Source of the DNA: Phoronis australis
Taxonomy: Eukaryota; Animalia; Phoronida
DNA: 64,000 nucleotides
Direction: 5' to 3'
Assembly (NCBI GenBank): GCA_002633005.1
Contig: NMRA01000038.1
Span: 453,634 to 517,633 of the forward strand
Part shown: positions 10,935 to 23,479 of the stretch, in pieces
How the letters are laid out: every line of letters begins with the position of its first letter
Position numbering within the stretch: position 1 is the stretch's first letter
Notes under the pieces: model-generated
What the model was told of the DNA's origin: nothing
Database searches by the model: none
Seen by the model: only the letters and a program-made list of their open reading frames with translations
Position numbers and translations under genes: made by a program

Positions 10935-13900
10935 ATGTCTTCTGGCAATATTGAAAAAGAGGCTTTGGAGGCACAGCCATCTTGCCAACAAGATCTGGGG
11001 AAAACCAACCATGGTATTGTGACGTTGACCACAGACCCATGGCTCAAACCACTGGTCTGTGGAATATGTGGTCATCAGTTTGACTCGGGACGAGGATTAG
11101 ATGTCCATTTGAGGTCACATAAAATTGGCACCAAGTCGCCAGGGCGACCGCCAAAGTCCATTCCAGTTGGAAGCCAGTCGGATACTGACAGCATGACACC
11201 AAAGAAGAGGGGAAGAAAACCAGGATCGAAAGCCAAGTTATCCGACTCTGTAGTGGAGACAGTCGAGGAGCGACCACCGGGAAGCTTACGCCGAAGCTCA
11301 CGTGCCCCAAAACGCGCCTCTTGGTTGCAGCAGTATCTGGTTCCGAAAATTGGCGGTTATGATGACGATGATATTGTAGAGGAACCACAGAAGTCAGCAG
11401 TTGAGAAAGTTGAGGAAATTTCGTCAGCATCAACTTCAATGACTTCTGCAGATGGAAATGAAAATTTTTCCTCGAAAGACGGTTCTGAAAGTATTGTTCA
11501 AGCACCAGTTAGTGGTGAATGCAGTGATGCCCCTGCTTTGATGACTCCTGCTGAACTGCCTGCCCTACCTCTGAACCCCACTGTGACGGAAGGTGTTGTC
11601 GATCCTGCTGAGAAGAGTTCTAATCCGTCGCAGGGGGACAACGCAGGTGTTGAAACGAATGAAGTCGTAACCACTCCTCAAGTTGAAGCAGAGTTAAGGA
11701 CTGAGACCAAATTACCAGTTGTCAATATTCCACCTGAAGATTTGGAAACGATTGTGTTGGTTGCCGAGAAACGTAGTCGTGACGAGGATAGTGACGATCC
11801 AGATTTTGTGGACGACGAGAACGACTCTGATTACGATGGAAAGCCATCCTACAAGCGTCAGCGCAAGTACATGCAGCAGAAAAAGGAATGCGATGTTTGT
11901 GGCAAGGTCAGTTCAGAAATCTTGCAAATACTTGACCATTTTTTTACATATAACTTATTTCAGCTTATAGACATTGAGTGACGTGAGCTCGTTTTCTGTA
12001 GGACAAGGATTTTTCTGATTTAGTTCTTGAATTTTTTGTTTTCCCATTGATGGAGGGCCCTTGCTTGTTTAATGGGAAAGTTGCCTATGCCTTCGGAAAG
12101 TTTCTGTCTTTTGGTGTTATATAATACCGAAAGTTTTCATTTAACTGGGCTAGCTTTTAAAGTTGTAGGAGTGTCAAAAAGTGAGCCTGGGTATCCCGTG
12201 AATGACATTAGAAAAACTTTCAGGTGATCACCCCTACGCTTGCAATGGAATAATCCAGATCCTGTTCTCCACAGCAAAGCATAACTGTGAAGTGGGGACT
12301 TCTGATAAAATTTACTGATGCTGTGGGAGTTGTAACTGACTCTATCTTCGATTGGAAATTTTTCCACCAAAAAATTATGATTTAGACCACTGACCACTGT
12401 AAGACTGAAATTGCTCCAAGCTCAGATGAGTGACTTTTGGATTTGGAAAAAAATAGCACTTCTGCTGTTGCTCGAGACCATATTTGGTGCATCGAATAAC
12501 CCGTTGTGACAAGCCAATTTGTAATTCCTGACCTCAGGCAATAATGAAGTGTCATTTCTTTTGAAGCGCAGAAGCCATGTTTAACTCCACTAAGGAATAA
12601 TGTGAGACCAATTTTATGTTAAACTTTTTAAATAGTCCTGCAATCAAACATTCACTCTTGTGACGGCAGGCTGGTTTATAGGCATTTTGAATTTTACCTT
12701 TGTCTTTGATATTATGGGGTGCTGCTGCAGCAGTGATTGAGTGCCCTTTGCAAGCAGTGCTGCATGAATTCTGGTGTAACAACCCTTCTCAAGTGACTGT
12801 GTCTATATATGAAACAAAGTCATTGATTCAAGATCTTGAACTATCGCAGATGCTGGGAACAAGCCACATGAAGCGCCACATGTTGGCGGTTCATTTGAAC
12901 CAGAAGGACTTTGTCTGTGATCGTGAGGGTTGTGACAAGAAGTTTGCTGTCGTGACAGAGCTCAAGTATCACATACTGTCTGTACACGACAAGGCTACCT
13001 CGAAGGAATGCACATTGTGCGGAAAGGTATGTGTGGTTGGTATATGCTGCCGTGAAATATTGTTTATTAGTACCAAATGTGAAATCTGCTTACTACAAAA
13101 CCAAGCTTACGACAGAGTGAAATATTTCCGAAATAGTTATTTTGGTTGGGAACTTTCACCTGTTTGCCCTATTGTGTACTAAATAGGCGATAAATTACCA
13201 TACTTGATGCAAAAAAGTAATCAGTCTCAAAAACTGGAGAAAATGGCAGGAGATTTTTAAGTCTGATCTAGAAGTTTTGTGTTTTTAATGTTGTCTCATT
13301 GATAGTTCAGAACATCTCATGTATTTTCCCTTTCATCACTTGCTCATACCGTTCTACTCTCTCCCAGTTCCTGTCGGATGCGCACAGCCTCAAGACGCAC
13401 ATGAAGAATCGTCACACGGTCAAGCCTCCTGAGAAAGAGGTCGTGTGTAACGTCTGTGGTCGAGTCTTCCGCAACATTCGTGCCTGTAGCAGTCATATGA
13501 AACAACACACCATGGAGCGTAAGCCGACTGAGTGTGACAAGTGTGGCCGCACCTTCGTCAACCCATCCAAACTGCAGTTCCACCAGAAAGTCAACCCTCA
13601 CTGTAATATGGTGCGCCACGTCTGCGACTTGTGTGGTTACAAGGCATCAAGTCCGTGGAGGCTGAACAACCATCTGCAGCAGACGCATTCGTGTAAGAAT
13701 TTTCATTGGCTGTTACATTATATTAAAATGTCTTCAATTTTAGATAAATATAATTGCCAAAATTACTATTTCTTCATTTTTCATGGTCTTCTAACATTGC
13801 AAATTCCCACATTTTTTAAAATTATTTTCTAATAAATGTTATCAGGTTCAAAACTTGAACATGGAAAGAGAGTCCACTTGATGCTACATATCATTTATGG

Positions 13901-16900
13901 ACAGAGTGGTAAAAGAAAATTTCACTTGTCTACCATAACAGACCAGTTACGTGTCTAGCCATATTTTGTACTGAATTTACTACAACTTGCACCACCATTT
14001 GTAATAAACCGAAATGTCGGATTTAACATGTCTGTATTTACTTACGCGCTCATCTTAAAATTCGTGCTTCTGATTTGGCCTAAAACAAATGTGATTGAAC
14101 TATCGGTGGGGATGATCTTTTTAAACCAAATACTCCATTGCCATCTATTGACACACCTTATATCAATATGCCCCTGTTGTTTTGATAAATGCTTATTGAA
14201 GTATGGTAGATCGGTAACTTTGAGGTAACTAGTGAAGTTTTGGACTGAAAAACAAAAAAAATGTTGGCAAAATTTGCTAGTGAGTATGAACTCTGCCATA
14301 GGTATGGTACTGTTATNGTCCGTGGAGGCTGAACAACCATCTGCAGCAGACGCATTCGTGTAAGAATTTTCATTGGCTGTTACATTATATTAAAATGTCT
14401 TCAATTTTAGATAAATATAATTGCCAAAATTACTATTTCTTCATTTTTCAGGGTCTTCTAACATTGCAAATTCCCACATTTTTTAAAATTATTTTCTAAT
14501 AAATGTTATCAGGTTCAAAACTTGAACATGGAAAGAGAGTCCACTTGATGCTACATATCATTTATGGACAGAGTGGTAAAAGAAAATTTCACTTGTCTAC
14601 CATAACAGACCAGTTACGTGTCTAGCCATATTTTGTACTGAATTTACTACAACTTGCACCACCATTTGGATAATCCTTTGTTTTTGCCTGAAATAAATGT
14701 TTTTGGGTAATTATTACTCCTGAATGAACAGCATGATGTGTCCATGTTGGGGTGTAATGGTTCTATCTGAACATTTATTCAACACTACATGCTTGACTTA
14801 CTCCGGTTTGCTGTTGGCAATTGTAACTTTGACTGAATTATCACTGTATGGTACTTTAACTATCTAACACGCAACATAAAGCTCTTAAGGATTTTGAAAA
14901 CACAAAAGTGATTTCTGCTTGGTCCAATATCTTATTTAGTGTGGTGCTTAAGATGAATTGAGTTAACACGGAAGAAACTGCTTTATGATGTGACAACGTA
15001 CATGAATTTTTGATAAAAAATACTTAATACCTCCATACATGTTGTCACGCGTGAACTGTGGGTGCATGAATTATAAGATGAGCGTGTAAGTAAATACAGA
15101 CATGTTAAACCCGACGTTTCGGTTTATTACTTAAAAACCATTTTCAAGGCGACACAAGTGGAAAATGGTTTGAGTAATAAACCGAAACGTCGGGTTTAAC
15201 ATGTCTGTATTTACTTAATACGCGCTCATCTTAAAATTCGTGCTTCTGATTTGGCCTAAAACGAATGTGATTGAACTATCGGTGGGGATGATCTTTTTAA
15301 ACCAAATACTCCATTGCCATCTATTGACACACCTTATATCAATATGCCCCTGTTGTTTTGAAAATGCTTATTGAGGTATGGTAGCATACTGTTCGCCATC
15401 TTTGTCCCGCAGTGAGTATGAACTCTGCCACAGTTGTGGTTGTACTTGCTAATAGTAAATGTGTTGTTCTGTGATAACGTACTGTTCATCATTTTGTCCC
15501 GCAGTGGCCAGGAACTTTGAATGTGAACACTGCCACAAGTGTTTCAAAACAAAGGAGATGGTGAAGAACCACATCTACAAGGTTCACACGGGCACGCCAA
15601 GTCTGTCATGTGAACACTGTGACCGCAAGTTCTTCTACAAGGCTGAGCTGAAGGAGCATATTCAGATACATTCCAGTGAGTCGTTGGTGAAAACCCTAAG
15701 ATACCTGTTTCACATACAATGCTTGAAGTCGTTTGGTCAATTTAAATGCACAGAAAAGTAAATTTTGGAAAACTGTGAGCATGTCTAACTTAAAGCTGGG
15801 TGACTACATGTTGAAATTTCCCATAAATCTGTAATTTTGGATACGCATGCATCTTCTCGTCCATCCCTAAAATTGCCAATCCACTACGTGTTACTGCTTG
15901 TCCATGTAATGTGTAGAATTTCTCAGAAGTGAATGCCCAAATGATACTTCATTTATTCCACAATGGCTCTAAATTCAACCAACCTGTGATGAAAACTTAT
16001 AAGAAGGTGAAAAAAGGGGAAAAGTTTTAGTTGCCACCAGCAATCAACTCCACACTGGCTATACAACACATTGTTAGTTATGGATCAGGAGTTTCATTGG
16101 CACTGTTGATTTTAACAATGAAAATCAAGTATCTTCTGTTTTCTTGCTGTTGAGAAACCAAAATTTAAATTTGTGTTGTGCAGCTATAGTAAAAACGATG
16201 AAGGATGATGACATTAGGGTCTCCTGTCAAAACCTGATTAATAGTTTCCGTAGGCTCCTCCAGAGGCAATATATCCATTCCTCCTGTGAAGACAACATCT
16301 TTTGATTCAGCCCACTTGCCGTTACACAATCTATCTCATCTCGTTTCTTACTCATCCCAAAAATGGATTTCCAGGCTTCAAAAATGCGTACAGTTCATTA
16401 TTGCTTTGGACCACGCCCATTAATTCATGGCAGTTTAGTTGCATTCGCCATGGCAGTTGACAATCTGGGAATTCCTGGCAGTTTATTGTAGTCAGTTTTA
16501 ATTTAAACAAAGGATGAGGATACAATGGCATTGTTTTACAGCTGTGAAGAGGTTTGTTTTGTCAGTGTTTACACCAGACCTGGGGATTTACAGCGGCTTG
16601 AGCAATAATTCTAGATTTATCTATTCTCCTTTGCAGATAAGCGTCCATTTTCATGTAGCATATGCCACCAGTCATTCAAAACGCTTCATGTGTTGCGAGG
16701 ACATCTGATGGGCAAGCACTCAGACACGTGGTTCAGCTGCGGCTTCTGCAAGTTCACGACCTCACACAAGAAGTCGATGAAGCGGCATATGAAGCTTGTC
16801 CACAAACTGACCAATGTCCAGCTAGAGGTAGGCCAACAACTGGTTTGTTGAGACGCGTACGTAGAAGTGAGGTATAAAAATGGAATCATTGATCAATTGT

Positions 16901-19593
16901 ATTTTGGTGCATGTTGGCAGAATTTGTTAACACCCTTCTGTGTTATTGGCCATTTTATTTGTGCAAAGTGGGAGCCAGGGTGTCTTGGTGGGTGCTCCAA
17001 ATAAAATCCGACATCTGTATGGGGACTTACAGTTGCTTTCACGGATTGACAAAGGATTGGGATCTAAAATGAATTGACTAACGGATGGACGGAGTGACCG
17101 ACTTTATATAATTAGGAGCTGCCAGTATAGTGTATCTTGCTAGGACACAAACTACGATTGAAGCACATCGCTTTGAGCCTCAAGATGTTATTAAAATTAT
17201 ATTATTAAAATTGTGTTAGCTTCTCACTTAGTGTGCACGGAAACAGTAGTTTTAAAAAAACAGACAAAATTTCACATCAATTCGTCAGTTTCGTCGACGT
17301 TATGGCCAAAATCTAGTTGGAAACCATGGGTGAAATAACCACGCCTTGTTAGAAAATTAGCCGTGGTTTTCTTCTCTGAAATTTCCAGTATTTTCTGCTG
17401 GTGAGATTCCAACAACTTCTTCAAATTCTACTGTACGCTGTGCTAGTGGCTAAATCCCTGCATTTCCATTGTTACAGGTAACTGTCGAAGAGCAACCTCC
17501 GGTACCAGAGCAAGCAGAGGCACTCTACATCTCATCAGAGGATGGGACGGTTCAGGTGCACATACCTGATGACCAGGTAAATGTTTGGGCCACAGCTGAT
17601 GGACTGATTGACGGGGGTTTGTTGTGTTAACGTAAATGCAGTAATTAAGTAATTAAGGTAAAAGTAACTTACAGGGATCCCACATTTTGAGAACCAGTTT
17701 TCTCCACTGAGTAGGTGGCATCAAACTGGTTCTCAGAATCCTTGAACCCTGTGTGTGATTATTGCAGCCGTAATTACATTAAGGCCATATGATATCGTAA
17801 AAGAATTAGAAAAGAAAATATAATGGAACAGATATATTGTTCCTGACTGTTAGGTACTTAATGTGTTTTGTTTCATCTTCTGTCATCAAATTTAACCTTC
17901 GTGTTATGTTGCACAGACTTTAAATTGGACAAAATGTTGAATAGACCAAACTAAGGTTGTGACATCATCATGAGGGGGGCTACTGTAAGCTGTGCTTGCA
18001 TGTTGTTTGTCAGATTTCACCACGCTTACTATGCCTGACCTTCATCGTTTCCTGTAAGAGTTTTGCGGGATCATGACTTCTCTATTTTTGCTTGTGTTTT
18101 TATGCATCCTCACATTTTAATTGTTTATTTAGTCTGTTTTTGTCATCTGCTTCTGTATCTGCCACACCGTGCAGAGGGTCATTATGAAAATTGGCAGATG
18201 TGTTCCTACTGACAACAGCCGGTCGGCTGTAACCATACTCATTCTCCCTCCGCTTTTCTAATTTCCCCCTTGATTCTACCTATGTTCATACTTTAACTGA
18301 CAATTATTCCTCCCACTGATGACTGCTGAACGAGCAAAGGACGCAGATGATCGCATGGGCTTGTGGTGCGATTTTCGCCGATTTTGGTCGATTTTTGTTC
18401 TGTCTGTTTACTTCCTGGTTGTAATTTAAACGTGGTAGCAAATGCGCTGAATTCATGAAATAAATGGATCAATTGTGAATCAAAGGATTCTATAAACCTA
18501 GGAGAACTGTTAGCAATTTAAAGTTTGGATGTCAACATGAATCTTGAAACGAATTTAGAGGGAATTATTTTCTGACTTTTGATGTTCGCAGTGGCGACCT
18601 CATGGCGACTTTGAATTTTTCCAAGGTCGCCAAACACAATCTGAGGTTGCATTGGGGGCCTGCAGGTTGCCAAATCGAGAGCTGTCTTATTTTTTTAATG
18701 ACTTTGACCCTTGCCTTGTAACCCTTCTAACATCCTGTATTTTCTTCAGGTACAGGTTGAAGAGCTAGAACACACCATCAATAGTAGCAACAGTGGTAAC
18801 ATGCACGTGCTGACCTCTGGTGGCACACTGGACGTGGAGGGGGGACAGTTCACACCATCGTGTAGTACAGTGGAGGAAGTGTCCGAGGTAAACTGCCCCT
18901 GTGTAGCTGCATTCTTTATAACTGAATAAAAATAGCTGATTACTATTTGTCTCTGCGGTGCTCAAGAATTAGTAAACAGTCTTACAGATGTCTTTTACTT
19001 CAAGCAAAATTCCTTAACTTCAGAACAACAGACTAATTTTGTTGTCATCCAGCAGTGTATATGATGTTTATTCTCACTAGTATATATTATTACATTTTCC
19101 AGAAGTTTTTTTTGTTATTTGTTTTAAGACTTGACGTCCTGACAGATCTCTGATAGAGGAAATGGGTTCTATTTTTGGACATTTTTTTGTGTATAGCAGC
19201 CTCATGTATACAGTCCATGAATACTATCAGAATAAGTCGTTTTCTTGCCTTCTGTTTCTTTTCATTTTAAGGGTCCTTATTCTTTTTCAGGTACTTGTTG
19301 CCCTCGGCAACATGGCTGAGTCAGCTGGCTTCCAAGTGCGTGAGGGAGGCCAGGAGATAGCAGTCGATGGTTCAACGTCTCATCAGGAGGTCTATGTCGC
19401 CACACAGAACATTCCTGTCTCCGAGACAACAACACATGTGCTTAGTGACAGTGAGCTGGTGAACAGTATTATCCTGAACGCTGGTAACGCAAGGGTTGTC
19501 ACGGACGAGAAATCTGGAGACCAGAGGTCAGCACAGGTTTTATCCGTGTCAGAAGATGGAGTGGTGTTCGTGACCAATGGAGACATTCAATGA
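10935..19593 (+). CDS. C2H2 zinc-finger protein with AT-hook-like motifs (about 791 aa, about 11 fingers, 8 coding exons)
   Basis: Exons 10935-11906, 12850-13026, 13368-13692, 15505-15675, 16637-16827, 17478-17576, 18750-18887, 19291-19593. All GT-AG, frame continuous (2376 nt). Kozak CCACCATG. Split fingers rejoin across introns (CDVCGK|MLGTSHMKRH; CTLCGK|FLSDAHSLKTH). GRPPK and KRGRKP motifs present. Confidence 0.9.
14318..14667 (+). repeat. Near-identical duplicate of 13651-14000 starting after a single N (likely haplotype overlap)
   Basis: Sequence after N14317 repeats the end of exon 3 and the following intron; 14001-14210 also matches 15174-15384. Confidence 0.85.
15064..15243. mobile_element. 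About 180-bp palindrome, probable inverted Penelope-like remnant (second family)
   Basis: Arm GCATGAATTATAAGATGAGCG...CCCGACGTTTCGGTTTATTAC and its reverse complement; hammerhead-like motif near the centre. Confidence 0.7.
15110..15150 (-). ncRNA. Putative minimal hammerhead ribozyme, U3-A8 core variant
   Basis: CC-UUGAAAA-U-GGUUU-UUAAGUAAU-AAACC-GAAAC-GUC-GG: perfect 5-bp stem II, palindromic ACGU stem III, short stem I. Confidence 0.55.
17670..17752. mobile_element. Small hairpin MITE-like repeat family (GAGAACCAGTTT...AAACTGGTTCTC), copy 1
   Basis: Shares CATTTTGAGAACCAGTTTTCTCCACTGA with the copy at 43930; related copies at 36330 and 54912. Confidence 0.65.
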
Positions 19594-19730
19594 ATACCAT
19601 CTGACTGAATAAAGGATCGTTGTTCGGTGCATGTGATGACGCGGTGGTGCCAAGACTGTTTATGCTCAGGTTCCAAAAACATTATTTCTGTGTTAAATGT
19701 CTTCCATCCTTGCCACCATGTTCAGTCAGA

Positions 19731-19781
19731 TGCAAACTACACACCTGCAAACTACACACCTGCAAACTACACACCTGCAAA
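19731..19781 (+). repeat. 15-bp tandem repeat (TGCAAACTACACACC) x3.4
   Basis: Directly visible, downstream of the zinc-finger stop codon. Confidence 0.9.
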
Positions 19782-20132
19782 AGCTCAGTAACCATGGACA
19801 CACACACACTACTTATTCAATAGGTTGTTTTCTACTCATGAGGTCACAACTGTATTGTGAGATCAAGTTAGGATGGGCAAGAAAAGTGACCTAAAGAGTC
19901 CACATTCACAGGACGGCTGTCATTGAGGACAATAGTGATGGTGGCTTTAATGCTCATTTTGTCCCAGTGGAGAAAGCACTCTCCCTAGTGACCATGCCTG
20001 CATATGTCAGTCCACTTCTGGGAACCACATTGAAATTGTCTGTACTTTCCAAGGTGTGCGCTGGTGGTTAGCATATCTCAGATATGATTATTAGTACACA
20101 AGTTGTGTACTAATAATCATTGCTCTCTGAGC

Positions 20133-20275
20133 ACTGATATCATGTCCACTGATATTCATTATCAGCACGTCATGTTCATTTGATATTCATTACTGATATC
20201 ATGTCAGCTGATATTGATTATCAGCACGTTATGTTCATTTGATATTCATCACTGATATCATGTCAGCTGATATTC
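20133..20275 (+). repeat. 59-bp minisatellite x2.4 with TGATAT subunits (degenerate to about 20495)
   Basis: ACTGATATCATGTC recurs at 20133, 20192 and 20251. Confidence 0.85.
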
Positions 20276-22765
20276 AGTGCTATCAGCTTATAACATTCAC
20301 TGATATCTATTGAAATAAGTATCACATGTGCATTGATATCCATGCTTGTGAGCTTGTCATGTGCTCTGGTTTTCAGCTGTGAACATATATTGATATTCAT
20401 TGCTGTAAGTGAACCAGGTTCTCTCTGATAGTCGTTGTTTTGAACATGATGGGACATTGATATAAATCGCTGTGGCATATCATGTACACTGATATTAATT
20501 TCGGTTAACTTTTCGATTAATTCCAATTGTGGGAATTTTGGTTGTTGTTGTTGGTATCTGTTGATGTTAGCTTACCTGCCTCTTTGTTTGGTGTTAACTG
20601 TTAGAAATTGACATTTTACAAACATTTTGGAAGTTGTTTCCACTTGTAGTAGGATAGGCAGAATGGCTTTATCAATCAGTTCATTAGAGTACTTGCTTGA
20701 TTATGATTCATGAAAATTGTCCTAATTTTTAACTTGAAAAGAATACATTTTGAATGTTAATGCCGAATCTCATTGAACTTGGGTTGTGGTAAAATCCACC
20801 TGAAGTGATTTTTCAAAATATAGAAAGTCAGTTTCTGATTGCCATTTGGGGTGAAAGTGTGTTTTTTTAAACTTGTGTTATTGTGAATGAAAGCTGTTGA
20901 ACACTACTTCAATTATGAGCCTGTTGGTGAGAGGTAGCGACTTAAGTTCTCAGTTATGACATGTTGTATTTAGCATAATTATAATGATGTACATAGAAGG
21001 GAAAGGAGTGCATGCAGAGATTGACGTACCTTCACAGAGGTGTCAGGGCTTACAATTTTCTTGTATAAGATTATTTCAGTACTCTTGTTTGGTTTCGATT
21101 TCCTTTTATTTGATTTCCAGATTCCTCTTCTCTCATCTCTTTTTATTACGATTTTGACTTTATTCATTCAAAAAACATTTCTTGCTGTTAGATTTTACAA
21201 CACCAAAAATTATGTTTATCACATAACCCTATTCATTTGTAAATTTAAAAATTTTCCTCTCTTTTTGCCATGGGTCTTTCCAAGCCCTGAGATGTGCAGC
21301 ATTTGTGTAGTTGGACGAACAATGAATGCTTGTCTTTGATCAAAAACTAAATTTTGATTTAGGTCACTTAGTGTTGTAAAGTCAGTCTGATCTTGTTGCT
21401 CGTTCAGATGAGAAATGATTTGTCAACTGGAGAAGTATGAACAAGTCATTGTTGCCTTAGACCAGGTTTATAAGTTATGCTTGTCATGAGGGATAGTTTC
21501 AGTCACCAACTCAGTGTGGCCATGGGGGTAATTCCAGTGAAGCAATTTATTGTAGGCGATTTCAGTTGAAACAAATATGTACGCGATTTCGTTCTTTGGA
21601 TGGGCAAATATGCCTGTGAAGATAGTTGATGTTTTTAACACCAGAGGGTGCTGCAAAGCAACTTTAAATGTGTTATTGCCCCCAGACCCCATCTCTCTCC
21701 AGATTAGTTTGGTTATTTCCCGTTTTACTGAATAAGAATTCTGAATGAATTTCTTAATTTTGTGCTGTATTACATTAAGATTTACATTATGTGAATGTGT
21801 GCAGATTAAAAATTCTCAGTTGATGACCCCAACATCCAAGCTACAATAAAAGTTATCCTCAGCTCCTAGTAAACCATGCTGTTCTCCTGTACAAAAATCA
21901 AGACACCTGTTTTGAATTCAAACTTGGAAGGGAAAAAAATAGGTTGAAATTCAGTTCTAATCATGTTTGGAGACTGAATCTCGAGCTCAGCTAGTATCAG
22001 CTTTGTGTGTGTTAGAAAACACTTGAGGTGTCAGAGTATTTGTGTTTGTAAGAAAAACACTTTGTAGACAATAATAAAATGGGAATGTAACCGTAATGGA
22101 GGTAAGAGAAACTTGTGGAAGCTTTTGTAGTCTCTGGTGTAAATTTGAACTTCGTATAAAGTGTTTTTAAAAAATGAAATTGTGCCAGTTGAATTATAAG
22201 AATGAAATGTTTTTCTAGTGTGGTTTACCTGCTTCCGTGTACAAGTATACAATGGTGTGGAACTTGGTTATACTAAACTTTTCACTGATGCATGCTCACA
22301 CCATACAAAAAAAACTCCTGCACCTTATATGCTGTTTGGGCATTTTATTTCCGTTGAGTGCACATTTGAATTTGTTGTGCAAGACTGTGCGTGGGATTAT
22401 CTTTAATCAGAGTATTAAATAATTAATCAACCTGCAGGCTATCAACTGGCCTTGTTTCAGTCTTCACGGCGCAGTTGGCTTGGTGGAAACCGGAAATACA
22501 GTCTAGTTCCTCACTTTATTGACTTCCGTATCTGGAAGGTCACGCGAGATGATACCGGACAATATTATAAATGCGCAATGTTGCTCAGCTCATTTCAACG
22601 TGAACTAAAAAGTAAGAGACTTATTGTGACGAGGGGGCCAATCTGTGCCCTTGTATTTGTTAGGAAGGCCGGACGAAGTTACTCGATGCAATTTATGTGA
22701 CCAATCGTGCCAAAATACATTGGAGCTGTCTAGTCTCGGCTATAGTACTAGTATGGGTATCAGTT

Positions 22766-23479
22766 TTATACATAGAATTCCATACACCCTTGCTCTTCAC
22801 ATGTTTTAACTGCGCCGCCGTAGATGACCTCTAGCGGATTTGTAGTATGGTCTCCTTGGAAACAGAACCCGGTCATATAAGAATTCACGGCCTCGTCGTA
22901 GAAATACATTTTTATCAACGAGAAGTCTTTCTTGCAGCACCTACAGTGAAAGTTTGCCCTGTTAATATCCTGTGACGTTTTCACGACCGACGAATTAGGA
23001 TGTCTCACAGTACAGTGGGCTTGTTGGCGTGGGTTGTAATTTTTATGACATCTCACACAATGAACGTTGTTAATCGGCGGAAATTTACTCCTTGGTAATA
23101 ACAGACTAAGCGCCACTACAGCTTTCGAGTCCTTTTTCCTTAGCCGTCTCTGTAAAATCTCTTTAAGATCGTCACCGTCGATATTGGATAAGATTTCCAT
23201 TAGTCTAACATAGTCGTTGCTAATACTTGCACATCGGACAATTGGTAAGGCAGGGTGGCTCGTTGGAGTTCCGCTCCTGTCCTTTTTTGTATCGAACTCG
23301 CCCAGTCTTTCTCTTAGGCTCTCCACGCCCGATTCGCACGACTCTATTTGTGAGGTGCGTTGTTTACAGCTTTCACGATTTTCCAAATATGTGCCCCTTC
23401 CGCTACTGCATGAACTGTTCGTACTGGTTGACGCCGCCTCACTTTCATGGAAATCGTCAGCCATCAATGAGGTATCCAT
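22766..23479 (-). CDS. Uncharacterised 237-aa protein with a C-terminal Cys/His-rich putative metal-binding domain
   Basis: Uninterrupted ORF; acceptor ttttcag|GTG at 23494/23493 just upstream of the ATG; candidate UTR donor CAG|gtgagt at 24727; AATAAA at 22520-22515. Motifs HCVRCH, CTVRH, CRCC, CFQGDH, CEEQGC. Confidence 0.8.
   Translation of the reverse strand: MDTSLMADDFHESEAASTSTNSSCSSGRGTYLENRESCKQRTSQIESCESGVESLRERLGEFDTKKDRSGTPTSHPALPIVRCASISNDYVRLMEILSNIDGDDLKEILQRRLRKKDSKAVVALSLLLPRSKFPPINNVHCVRCHKNYNPRQQAHCTVRHPNSSVVKTSQDINRANFHCRCCKKDFSLIKMYFYDEAVNSYMTGFCFQGDHTTNPLEVIYGGAVKTCEEQGCMEFYV

Noticed and set aside
10610-11505. Antisense ORFs of 145 and 153 aa
   Set aside because: Shadow frames of the large zinc-finger exon with no recognisable protein features.
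14318-14359. Extra zinc-finger exon or exon duplication
   Set aside because: It starts mid-exon right after an N, has no acceptor, and is near-identical to 13651 onward; best explained as haplotype overlap.
19731-20275. CRISPR-like array
   Set aside because: Head-to-tail repeats without unique spacers, no cas genes, eukaryotic context.
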